From Raja brachyura (taxonomy: Eukaryota), in assembly GCA_963514005.1 (NCBI GenBank), contig OY740802.1:36208001-36272000 (forward strand): a stretch of 64,000 nucleotides of DNA, in the 5' to 3' direction. Made by a program: the position numbers and the translations under genes. Of the stretch, positions 1 to 11,604 are shown piece by piece (positions within the stretch are counted from its first letter, which is position 1; each line of letters opens with the position of its first letter). The notes under the pieces were generated by a model. That model was not told where the DNA came from. It saw only the letters and a list, made by a program, of their open reading frames with translations, and made no database searches.

Positions 1-603
1 CATTTCACAGTTGCATGGAGCTGAATTTTCTTTATCTCATTTTTTCAGAAGCAGAGGAAAGATGTTAAAAACTATTCACGTTTGGGCACCACCTGCTGAT
101 GCAAACCAGTAACACAAGGAGCATGTCTTGCAGTGCTTTTTATAAAAATGTCTTAAATACAAAGTCAAATAAAACTGTGATATTTTGAAGTGCGAAATAA
201 AGCAGAAAGTAGGTTCAGCATCATCAGTCATCAGTTAACTCTGTCGATGACCAAGTTCCAATCAAGCAAAGGCATTGGGATCTTGTGGCATTCCCAATGA
301 TGACTGGGACAGGCATTTTGTATGTTCTGTGAAAGAATCAGGTGTGTACATGTACTCAACATAATGGCAATCATACGCACACACTGAACACAGAGTGATG
401 ATGACTAGGTCATTTTCAGGTTGACACACTAAAATGACCAAAATAGCCATTCTGCTGCCCCTGCTGGAGGGAGGGGGAGGGACTATAAAACCAGGAAGTG
501 GTGTGCCTCACTCAGTTGCTGCAAGATGGAGGAAGCCAGAGAGTCACGTCTCTCTGAGTTCTGAATAGCACTGAACACATGTCTACTCAACTGTGAGTGC
601 CCT

Positions 604-1356
604 TAATGTGGTTCTATAAATGCTTGCAAAAAGTGTCTATTGGTTCTAAAATACTTGCAAAAAGTGTCTATTCATTCTAAGATGCTTGCAAAAAGTGTCT
701 ATTGGTCCTGAAATGCTTGCAAAAAGTGTCTATTGGTTCTAAAATGTTTGCAAAAAGTGTCTATTGATTGTAAAATATTTGCAAAAAGTGTCTATTGGTT
801 CTAAAATGTTTGCAAAAAGTGTCTATTGGTTCTAAAATGCTGGCAAAAAGTGTCTATCGGTTCTAAAATGCTTGCAGAAAGTGTCTATTTCTTCTAAAAT
901 GCATGCATAAAGTGTCTCTATTGGTTCCAAAATGCATGCAAAAAGTGTCTATTTGTTCTAAAATGCTTGCAAAAAGTGTCTATTGATTCTAAATTTGTTG
1001 CAAAAAGTGTCTCTATTGGTTCTAAAATGATTGCAAAAAGTGTCTCTATTGGTTCCAAAATGGTTGTGAAAGAGTGTCTCTATTGGTTCTAAACTGCTTG
1101 CAGAAAGTGTCGCTATTGGTTCTAAAATGGTTGCAGAAGGTGTCTATTGGTTCTAAAATGCTTGCAGAAGGCGTCTATTGGTTCTAATATGCTTGCAGAA
1201 GGTGTCTCCATTGGTTCTAAAATGCTTGCAGAAAGTGTCTCTGGTGGTTCTAAAATGCTTGCAGAAAGTGTCTCTATTGGTTCTAAAATGCTTGCAAAAA
1301 GTGTCTCTATTGGTTCTAAAATGCTTGCAAAAAGTGTCTCTTTGGGTCTAAAATGC
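604..1356. repeat. Minisatellite, 30-33 bp unit (aaaaagtgtc[tc]tattggttctaaaatgcttgc), about two dozen copies
   Basis: Tandem units directly visible. They produce the repetitive pseudo-ORFs 1122..1520 and 1147..1398. Confidence 0.95.
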
Positions 1357-1448
1357 TGCCTGGCCAGAGTGACTGAGCTGCCTGGCCAGAGTGACTGAGC
1401 TGCCTGGCCAGAGTGACTGAGCTGCCTGGCCAGAGTGACTGAGCTGCC
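1355..1448. repeat. 22-bp tandem repeat (gctgcctggccagagtgactga) x4
   Basis: Four perfect copies visible. Confidence 0.95.
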
Positions 1449-2239
1449 AGCCCAAGAAACCATTTGGCCCACAATGTCCATACTAGCCCTCTGGAAACCA
1501 GTCCCTTTGACCCACAACACATACTAGCTCTCCAGAAAGCCCTACCCCCCCCCCCCCCCCCCCACCCCACTGGCCAGCAATATTGGAATTGGTGGAGAGG
1601 TGGAATATTGCATTGGGGGAACCAGCCCTCCCGTGTGAAGCTGGGACCCACTTAGTCTAGTACTATATATAAATATGATCAAGTCAAATAGGTGGAACAA
1701 AGGGGAAGATGCATAATGCAAAATATAGTTATTTACATTGTAGCACAACAGCACAACAGCTCCATAGACAAAGTCCAATGTCTGCAATGGGATAGAAGTG
1801 AATCGTACAGTTCTCCAGCTTATGAAAGGACCACAGAAGTAATAGATCTTTGTTCAGCACAAGCAGGTATTCAGGAAGAGATCTGTTGGAAGAATCTCCT
1901 GAGCTAAAGGTACATTACGAATCGGAGAATTTGAGCAGTACATACACATAAATATGTTTATTGGTTTGGGTGGATCTTGCCGCAAGAATTAAGATCTCTC
2001 AATAACATGTTTGCATTGCGATTCATTTCAGGAGGTATATTCCTGGTGCTCATGGGATGTAAACCTAAACATAAATGATACAACTTACACAGTCTTTAAT
2101 GTAGAAAATGATTTATTGTTCTTTGTATAAAACAATGATTGACACCAGAAAATGATATTAGAAAGAGAGACTAAAGTCTGAGTCAAATATGCAAATTTTA
2201 AATAGGTTCTTGAAGGAATCAGAGTGTAGAGCCTGAGCT

Positions 2240-2611
2240 TTAACGGAGGAGACATTTAGACAGGCATTTACATAGGCAAAGAATCAAAGGATGCAGTCTT
2301 GATGCAGGTAAATAGGATTACAGTAGATCGGCAAAATGGTTGGGATAGATGTGGTTGGCTGAAAGGACCATTTCTGTACAGTACAACATTCTGACTCTAT
2401 AAAACAGCAAAAGGTCTTGAATGTTACCATTAATGTTGGCTAAATCTGTAGAGCCCAATGAGATGTACTTCAGGCTGCTAAAGAAGGCAAGGGAGGAGAT
2501 TACTAACACTCTGAGAGATGCTTAAATCTTCAATGGCCACAGGTGATGGACCAGATGACTGGAGGACAGAAAATGTGGTTCTATTATTCAAGAAGAGCGG
2601 CAGGGATAAGA
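2240..2611 (+). mobile_element. Old CR1 LINE fragments (3' end plus RT-proximal piece)
   Basis: DDWRTENVVLLFKKSGRDK is the CR1 ORF2 'DWR.ANV.PLFKKG' motif; degenerate CR1 3' UTR at 2240-2400. Confidence 0.6.
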
Positions 2612-2634
2612 TGAAAAAAAAATGCAAAAAAAAT

Positions 2635-4528
2635 AATCTGAGGGATAGGACTGAGAAGACCAGACACCGGGCATTCGTGTCTGATGATACAGTGGTCTAC
2701 AAGAAGTCCAGATATGACCTTGGTAAAGCCATCAAAAAGGCCAAAAGGGAGTTCTGCTCCAAGCTGGAGGATGAGACAGATGTTCGGTAGCTGTGGCGGG
2801 GCCTGAATGCCATCACCTCCTACAAGGCAAAACCAGGAGGCAGCTCAGATGTCGGCGATACATCACTCCCTGATGAGCTCAATGCATTTTACGCACACTT
2901 TCAGAGGGAGAACACCGATGTGCCTTCCCAAGCCCCTTTTCGCTGTGATGGTATTTCAGTCTCAGTCACAGAGGCCGATGTCAGGAAATCCTTCAGAGGG
3001 GTGAACCCTCGAAAAGCGTCTGGACCTGATGGCATACCTGGTCGTGTCCTAAAAACCTGTGCGGACCAATTGGCTGGAGCTTTTACAGACATTTTCAACC
3101 TGTCACTTCTGAGGTCTGAGGTTCCCACCTGCTTCAAAATGGCATAAATAATACCGGTGCCCAAGAAGAGCAAGGTGACGTGCCTCAATGACTATCGACC
3201 AGTGGCACTAACGCCTGTGGTGATGAAGTGCTTCGAGAGGTTGATTATGGCGCAAATCAACTCCTACCTTGACAAAAACCTGGACCCACTGCAGTTCGCT
3301 TACCGCCACAACAGATCAACGGTGGGCGTGATCTCGCTGGCCCTCCACTCCGCTCTGGACCACTTGGACAACAAAAACTCACATGTCAGGCTGTTATTCA
3401 TTGACTACAGCTCAGCATTTAATACAATCATCCCTCTAAGTTGGTTACCAAACTTGCAGAACTGGGTCTCTGCGCATCCCTCTGCAATTGGATCCTCGAC
3501 TTCCTCATTCACAGACCAAAGTCTGTTCGTATTGGTAGAAATGTGTCAAACTCGATAACAATCAGCACGGGAGCATCTCAAGGCTGCGTGCTCAGCCCCG
3601 TGCTGTACTCACTCTATATTCATGACTGCGTAGCCGGTCATAGTGCGAACTCCATCATCAAGTTCGCTGACGACACCACTGTTGTGGGACGCATCATTGA
3701 TGGGGATGAGTCAGAGTATAGAAGAGATATCGAACAATTGTCCATATGGTGCCAGCACAATAACCTGGCCCTCAACATCAGCAAAACCAAGGAACTGATT
3801 GTAGACTTTGGAAGGAGTAGGATGGGGACCCACAGTCCTGTTTATATCAATGGGTCGATGGTTGAAAGGGTCAAGAGCTTCAAATTCCTGGGAATGCACA
3901 TCTGTGAAGATCTTTCCTGGTCCGAGAACACAGATGCAATTATTAAGAAAGTTTTTCAACGCCTCTACTTCCTGAGAAGATTACGGAGAGTTGGTCTGTC
4001 AAGGAGGACTCTCTCTAACTTCTACAGGTGCGCAGTAGAGAGCTTGCTGACCGGTTGCATCGTGGCTTGGTTCGGCAATTTGAATGCCCTGGAGAGGAAA
4101 AGACTACAAAAAATAGTAAACACTGCCCAGTCCATCATCGGCTCTGACCTTCCTTCCATCAAGGGGATTTATCGCAGTCGCTGCCTCAAAAAGGCTGGCA
4201 GCATCATCAAGGACCTACACCACCCTGGCCACACACTCATCTCCCTGCTACCTTCGGGTAGAAGGTACAGGAGCTTGAAGACTGCAACAACCCAGTTTAG
4301 GAATAGCTACTTCCCCACAGCCATCAGGCTATTAAACTTGGCTCGGAACTCTGAACATTAATATCCCTCCATCTGTTATTTGCACTTTATTAATTTATTA
4401 ATTCATGTGTGTATTTACGTATATAATTGTAGTCAATGCCTACTGTGCCCTGTTGTGCTATGCAAAGAAATATTTTCATTGTCCTGTCAGGGACACATGA
4501 CAATAAACTCTTTTGACTTTGACTTTGA
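2635..4528 (+). mobile_element. Rex1/Babar-type LINE, 5'-truncated, RT with frameshifts
   Basis: [57 protein letters not shown] and C-terminal LPSGRRYRS motifs. 3' end has aataaa then a (gacttt)n tail. Confidence 0.92.
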
Positions 4529-4779
4529 GATGCACTTTAATAGGTTGGGATTAAACAAAGCTATTTTACTTCGGAGTCACATGAGTGACTACGTGAAGAA
4601 GCCCCGCCTGGCGCTTGATCGGCATTACGTCGACGCTATCGGTAGGGAAAGAGCTGCAGAGCGCAGCTCCACCAGCGGTAAGGAACAGGCCCTCAAGTAA
4701 GTAAATTATTTTTACTTCCAGGGCATTTCAAACTCCGTAGGCTGGTGGGTAAAGACAAGGAGGAGTTTAAAAAATAAAA

Positions 4780-5900
4780 ATGGAGAAAGCTCCTAAAAAA
4801 TCGCGGGTAAAACGTGCGTCCCGGGGAGGAGAAGTCGGGACAGCAGATTATTGCGGAGCCGGTTGAAATACCCGTTAGTGAGCCTTTGGTTGCTCCACAA
4901 GCAGAACCAATGGAGGAAAATCCAGTGCCTAAAAAATGTAAAAGAAAATCTGAGAGGCCCGGGGTTTCTAATGAATCTGATAATGAAAGTACCCCAGATA
5001 GAAAAGCCTTATGGCTTAGAATGGATCAAATGGAAAAATGATCCAGACAAAAATCAACTAAGGGTCTAAAAAACCCAAAATATTCCCAGGCAGCCCCTGA
5101 GGGGGTTCTATATCATGAATATGGTGCCAGTTTGAATTGGGAATTTGAAACTCCAGAGCCCGGGATTGGGCTGGAGGAAGTCTCCTTTGAGCAAAGTCTC
5201 AGGAGTACCAGGGCTGCATGAGACTGATCCTGAAGGTGGTGATTTCGGTCATGAGTACCCACCACAATACAAAAATATTGCTCCAGGTGTGCCTGATGTG
5301 GCACAAAGTTTTCTATACCTGAAGGAGGCGGTGATGCCATGGAAGAAAACCTGGCGGCCAACATAATATTATTTGTTCTCTCACCAGCTTCAAGAAGCTG
5401 TTATGATTGATACAGCAGAATTATATAAAACACTTGTTAATTGTACCTCACAGAAGGTACCTATGGTAAATCCGGCTATTTGGGCGCCAATGTCATCAAT
5501 GATGCGGGTGCAGGAAATACGATTTCAAAAAGTCCTCAAACTGATTTCGGCTGGGATCACTGCTTTTGGAAGGCAAGTGGAAGATTGTGGAATGACCAAA
5601 GTACAGAAGGATATGTTGGCATTGTTCTGCAACTCAATTTTGAGATTAATTGTATGAGGAAGATTGCCATTCGGCCTATTTTACATCCAAGATTTGCAGG
5701 TTTGTGCAGATCAAGCAATCAAGCTCCTGGTTATTTGTTTGGAGAAAATCTGCTTAAATAAATAAAAGAGATTGATAAAGAGGCAAAGACTATTGGCCTC
5801 ATGAAACCCTTCGTTTTGGCCAAAGAAGGGCCGGTCAAACGAGAAGGGGATTTTGATTTCGAGCTGGAACAAGCCGAGGCAGGAGTATGGTAAGGAAGTA
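4780..5900 (+). pseudogene. DIRS gag-like ORF1 (frameshifted)
   Basis: ATG at 4780 (MEKAPKKSRVK...). Fragments include VNCTSQKVPMVNPAIW and EINCMRKIAIRPILHPRFAGLC...YLFGENL, typical of DIRS ORF1. Confidence 0.6.
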
Positions 5901-6009
5901 TTACCAACCAGCACAGCCGAATGTTCACCCATATGTTGGGAGAAGGAGACCACCACGTCCGGTTGGAGAGGTACAAAAACTTTATCCTATTACAGCAGAA
6001 TCTTTGGAT

Positions 6010-8610
6010 GAACCTCAGATTGGTGGTAGACTACAAATGTTTTATGATGAATGGGACTGTATAACATCTGACCGTGATATATTAGATACTGTCTTAGGAT
6101 CTACCATTGATTTTGTAGAAGGTTTGATCCACCAGGACAGAATAAGCCTAATCGTATTTGGTGTTTTCTGTATTTGAAAAAATTCAAATTGATGAAGAAG
6201 TTAAGAATTGGTGTAAAAAAGGAGTTATTGAGAAATCAAGTGAGGATCCACAACAATTTGTATCAAATATTTTCCCCAGACCAAAGAAAGATGGGGGTTG
6301 TAGAATCATTTTAGACCTCACATATTTTAATACATTTGTCCAGTATAAACATTTTAAAATGGATATCTTCAACACTGCAATGCAGCTGGTATCAACAGAT
6401 TGTTACATGGCTACAATAGATTTGAAGGATGCATATTATTCAGTACCAATTCATCGTCATTTTTGCAGGTATTTAAATTTAATTGGACGGGACAGCTGTG
6501 GTAATACATAGAAACATAGAAACATAGAAAATAGGTGCAGGAGTAGGCCATTCGGCCCTTCGAGCCTGCACCGCCATTCAATGTGATCATGGCTGATCAT
6601 CCAACTCAGTATCCCGTACCTGCCTTCTCTCCATACCCCCTGATCCCTTTAGCCACAAGTGCCACATCTAACGCCCTCTTAAATATAGCCAATGAACTGG
6701 CCTCAACTACCTTCTGTGGCAGAGAATTCCAGAGACTCACCACTCTCTGTGTAAAGAATGTTTTCCTCATTTCGGTCCTAAAGGAATTCCCCCTTATCCT
6801 TAGACTGTGACCCCTTGTTCTGGACTCCCCTAACATCGGGAACAATCTTCCAGCATCTAGCTTGTCCAACCCCTTAAGAATTTTGTAGGTTTCTATAAGA
6901 TCCCCCCTCAATCTTCTAAATTCCATCGAGTACAAACCGAGTCTATCCAATCTTTCCTCATATGAAAGTCCTGACATCCCAGGAATCAGTCTGGTGAATC
7001 TTCTCTGTACCCGCTCTATGGCAAGGATGTCTTTCCTCAGATTTGGAGACCAAAACTGTACGCAGTACTCCAGGTGTGGCCTCACCAAAACCCTGTACAA
7101 CTGCAGTAGAACCTCCCTGCTCCTATACTCAAATCCTTTCGCTATGAATGCTAACATACCATTTGCTTTCTTCACTGCCTGCTGCACCTGCATGCCTACT
7201 TTCAATGACTGGTGTACCATGACACCCAGGTCTCGTTGCATCTCCCCCTTACCTAATCTGCCACCATTCAGATAATAGTCTACCCTCATGTTTTTGCCAC
7301 CAAAGTGGATAACCTCACATTTATCCACATTGTACTGCATCTGCCATGCATCTGCCCATTCACTCAGCCTATCCAAATCACCCTGCAGCCTCCAAGCATC
7401 CTCCTCACACCTAACTATACCCCCCAGCTTGGTATCATCTGCAAATTTGGAGATGTTGCATTGAATTCCCTCGTCCAAATCATTAATATATATTGTAAAT
7501 AGCTGGGGTCCCAGCACTGAGCCTTGCGGCACCCCACTAGTCACTGCCTGCCATTCTGAAAAGGACCCGTTTACTCCTACCCTTTGCCTCCTGTCTGCTA
7601 GCCAGTTCTCTATCCACATCAATACTGAACCCCCAATACCGTGTGCTTTAAGCATTATTTAATTAAGCATTATTTAATGGATTAAGCTCAGCTCCCAGGT
7701 TGTTCACTAATTGTTGAAACCAGCACTTGCACTGCTAAGGGCACAAAAACACATTGTTATGGCTTATCTAGATGACATTTTAATTGTCAATGCTAATCAG
7801 GAGTCAGCTGAAAAATCAGTCTCAGTGACTACAAGCCTGTTTGAAACGCTAGGTTTCCTGATTCATCTAACAAAATCTAAGTTACAGCCATCCCAAACTA
7901 TTTGAATATTTGGGGTTTGTGATTATTTCAGTTACCATGTTAGTAACTTTACCAATAGACAAGATTGTTGACATTACAAATGTATGTCGGTGCCTTATTG
8001 ACAAACCTTATCCCTCCATCCGAGAAGTTGCTAAGGTTATTGGTAAGTTAGTAGCAGCATTCCCTGCAGTAGAATTTGGTCCACTGCATTACCAAAATCT
8101 CCAAAGAGCAAAAACACAAGCGCTTATACAGCAAGCAGGCCATTTTGATAGGCCCATGCAATTGCCAAAGGAAGCTTTATCAGAATTGCATTGGTGGATT
8201 GAGAATGTTCCACAAGCTGTTAAAAACATTTTGGTTCAACAGCCAGCAATGATTTTGCAAACTGATGCAAGTTCTCTCGGATGGAGTGCTACGGATAATG
8301 ATACCAGCTGTGGGGGCAGATGGACTGTCCAAAAGGATTTATTTCTCCAAAGATATGGTGTAAATTATTTGGAGTTACTGGGAGCATTTTATGGATTAAA
8401 AGCTTATTGTTCTACTATGAAGGATTTGCATGTCCAATACCACAGCTGTGGCATATATCAATCACATGGGTGGAGTAAGATCATTATCATGTGATCATCT
8501 GGTTAACCAGATGTGGCATTGGTGTATTGGTAAGAATATTTGGCTTTAGCTATTTATCTCCCAGGGAGAGACAATATTGTGGCAGACAAAAGATCACGAA
8601 AATTTAAAGA
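6010..8610 (+). pseudogene. DIRS reverse transcriptase + RNase H (split by CR1 insertion)
   Basis: IGGRLQMFYDEW, FPRPKKDGGCRIILDL, IDLKDAYYSVPI, NGLSSAPRLFT, MAYLDDILI, LQTDASSLGW, NYLELLG. Confidence 0.92.
6507..7652 (-). mobile_element. Young 5'-truncated CR1 LINE inserted in the DIRS RT
   Basis: Uninterrupted 349-codon RT/C-terminal frame (SGVPQGSVLGP, KFADDTKLGG, VRPHLEYCVQFWSP); (TTTCTATG)3 tail at 6507-6530. Confidence 0.96.
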
Positions 8611-8619
8611 CAGTACAGA

Positions 8620-9003
8620 ATGGATGTTAAATCCACAAATTTTCAAAAATATTGTCAGTCGGTTGGAATACCGGACATTGATCTGTTTGCATCTAGATTA
8701 AATCACCAATTGCCCAAATACGTGTCTTGGGATCACGATCCAGGGGCAGTAGCGGTGGATGCTTTCTCGCTACACTGGGGGAATACGTTCTTTTATGCCT
8801 TTCCCCCATTCTGTCTGATTGGGCAATGTCTCAAGAAAATAGCGCAAGATGCTGCCAAGGGCATTTTGGTGGGGCCAAATTGGCCTACACAGTCATGGTT
8901 CCCGTTGATGCTTAAAATGATTACTGAACCATGTATGACAATTCCCAGTTGCAACGATTTGTTGATACAACAAAATAAATTCATCCATTGCATGATCATA
9001 TGA
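8620..9003 (+). pseudogene. DIRS DNA N6-adenine methyltransferase-like domain
   Basis: PDIDLFASRLNHQLPKYVSW...DAFSLHW...YAFPPF...PNWPTQSWFP, the MT domain that follows RNase H in DIRS1-like elements. Confidence 0.85.
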
Positions 9004-9019
9004 ATTTGTTAATCTGCAG

Positions 9020-9992
9020 GTTCTGACCAGACCATTGCAAGAGCTTGGACTGTTGGATAGGACCATGGATGTTATAGCTGCAGCTTGGAGAAATAGCACT
9101 AAAAAACAATATACGTCGCATATAAAATAATGGGAAGTCTTCTGTAGACAGTCAAAGATATCTTATCATACTGCGAACATATCAAATGTATTGGAGTTCC
9201 TTGCTGTGTTGCATTTTGATGAGCACTTAAGTTATAGTGCCATTAATAAGTGCTCGTAGTGCTTTGTCGGCCTATTTAGGACAAATTTCTGATCGAGATT
9301 CAATTGGGTCTCACCCATTAATATCCCGGTTCATGAAAGGAATTTTTAATAAATTCCTCCCAAGCCCAGATATACAGAAATTTGGGATGTTACCATTGTT
9401 CCCACTTTGCTTAGGCAATGGACTCCAATTACTTCAATGTCTTTGCAAAGGTTAACATTCAAGGTTGTAATGTAATGGCATTAGTGTCAGCTCAAAGAGT
9501 ACAAACTTTGCAATTGTTACTGTTAAATTGCATGCATGTGGCTTCAGATAACATTGTGTTTTATGTTTATGATCTGATCAAACAAAGCAGACCAGGAAAA
9601 ACTGGAACCAAGGTAATGTTTAAAGAATATCCTGTCGATGAAACATTGTGTGTAGTTAAGCATTTAACTAAATATATTGAAGTAACCAAAATCTACGAGG
9701 TGCTGAGACAGCGTTACTGATAACGCCCAAAAAACCACATACAAAAGTTTCAGTTCAAACCATTTCTAGATGGTTAGAACAGGTTTTGGATTTAGCAGGA
9801 GTGGACACTGATGTGTTTAAGTCTCACTCCACTAGGGCTGCAGCTGCACCCACGGCGAAGGTACAGGACGTACCACTCGATCAAATTTTAGAGGCCTCAG
9901 GGTGGTGTAAAGAAGAAACCTTTTCAAAGTTCTACGATAAACCTGTTGTCACGGTGCCAGGATTTGGACACGCAGTGTTGGGTTCACTCTAA
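9020..9992 (+). pseudogene. DIRS tyrosine recombinase (frameshifted)
   Basis: AAWRNSTKKQY; catalytic-type residues SAQR, SHSTR, SGW, FSKFYDKP. Confidence 0.92.
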
Positions 9993-10740
9993 ATGCTTGT
10001 TTTGTTTTATATTATCGATTTATATTCTCGATTTATGTTATCACTTGATATCATTATCACTTTTGTTGTAAAAATTTTCCCCTGGGATAGAGGGGTTATT
10101 CTTAAAAATTTGTTCTTTTTATGATTAAAAGACTTATTACATAAATTGAAACAATGTTTTAAAAAATATATATATTATTTACTCACTACTGTATTGACTA
10201 AACAGAGTGTCGTATGGAATGAATCTATGACATAAACACAGAGCTTTAAAATCTTCACGTAGTCACTCACGTGACTCTGAAGTAAAATAGTAAGATTAAA
10301 TGAGAACTTACCTGTTTGAAGTTTGATCTTTATTTATGAGGAGTTACAATGAGGGATTACGTGCCCTCCGCTCCCAGCCCTCATAATATAAATGATCATC
10401 TGGTAGTTCTAGTCTATGTTGAGCCTTAATATCTTACTCCGGCTAGTGGTTCTGTGTTTTTCATGCCACTGCTTTGAAGTATGCTGATCAAGCGCCAGGC
10501 GGGGCTTCTTCACGTAATCCCTCATCGTAACTCCTCATAAAATAAAGATCAAATTTCGAACAGGTAAGTTCTCATTTAATCTTACTATTTTTTGTTAGGG
10601 TGAGATTCAGTCTGACCACTTGCATGTTTTTAAATGGTAACAAAATATATCGAAGAGGGCAATGCAGTTAATGTGGGTGACATGGACTTCATTAAGCAAA
10701 TAGGATTAGCATAGATAAGGATCATAATCATCAGAAACTA

Positions 10741-10957
10741 GACACAAAATGCCTGAGAAACTCAGCAGGGCAGGCAGCACCTCTGAAGAGAAGGAATGGG
10801 TGACATTTCTGGTCAAGTACCTTCTTCAAACAGAATAGTCACGACCCGAAACGTCACCCATTCCTTCTCTCCAGGGATGCTGCCTGTCCCACTGAGTTAC
10901 TCCAGCATTTTGTGTCTATCTTTGATTTAGACCAGCATCTGCAGTTATTTCCTATAC
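10741..10957. mobile_element. Penelope-derived foldback element with 14-bp TSD
   Basis: Inverted arms; TSD atcatcagaaacta at 10727-10740 and 10958-10971. Confidence 0.85.
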
Positions 10958-11363
10958 ATCATCAGAAACTATTTGGTCTGAAATTACCAATTTCTGTACT
11001 GTACAACTATGTAAGGAAATCCAGACCTTATGCTTGTTGGTAGAATGCATATCTCCCAAGGATGGAGCAGTGGGGTGAGGGTACTCAGAGTTCAGAGTTC
11101 AACACTAAGGTCTCAGATGCTTGAGATATAAATTAATGCCTTTCCAACTAATGATTTAATCACAAAGTTGGGCATTGTAGAATTATGGGTTGTAGACTTG
11201 GAAACAGTGCTCTATGATGATGACGGATGAAAGGGGCAGATCAACTTTAAATTAAGGCTCAAGTTTGGATCAGCTCAAAGAAGTGGATGGAAATGGGGAC
11301 TAACCAGCTGCCCATTAGACTCTGGGTGTTATAAAAACTATCAATGATCCAGAAGCCTATAAA

Positions 11364-11604
11364 TCTTTACACAGAGAGTGGTGAGTCTCTGGAATTCTCT
11401 GCCACAGAAGGTAGTTGAGGCCAGTTCATTGGCTATATTTAAGAGGGCGTTAGATGTGGCACTTGTGGCTAAAGGGATCAGGGGGTATGGAGAGAAGGCA
11501 GGTACGGGATACTGAGTTGGATGATCAGCCATGATCACATTGAATGGCGGTGCAGGCTCGAAGGGCCGAATGGCCTACTCCTGCACCTATTTTCTATGTT
11601 TCTA
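11364..11604 (+). mobile_element. CR1 3' end (young)
   Basis: Exact reverse complement of 6517-6757; TTTCTATG tail. Confidence 0.93.

Larger units (their letters stand above)
443..1660 (+). mobile_element. Helitron-like non-autonomous element with internal minisatellites (5' boundary uncertain)
   Basis: Ends ...ctgggacccacttagtCTAG|t (CTAG 1657-1660 followed by T), the Helitron 3' signature. The subterminal hairpin is degenerate and no TSD or TIR is seen. It contains two tandem arrays. Confidence 0.5.
4561..10590 (+). mobile_element. DIRS1-like tyrosine-recombinase retrotransposon, full length, decayed
   Basis: Left ITR 4561-4625, ICR 10253-10363, right ITR plus extension 10481-10590. ORF order gag-like, RT, RNase H, MT, YR. 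Confidence 0.95.

Noticed and set aside
604-1356. CRISPR-like appearance of 30-33 bp repeats
   Set aside because: Head-to-tail units with no unique spacers, in eukaryotic DNA.
1122-1520. Repetitive ORFs (ASILEPIETL / SIGSKMLAES) resembling repeat proteins
   Set aside because: They are translations of the 33-bp minisatellite units; neighbouring 31-bp units break the frame.
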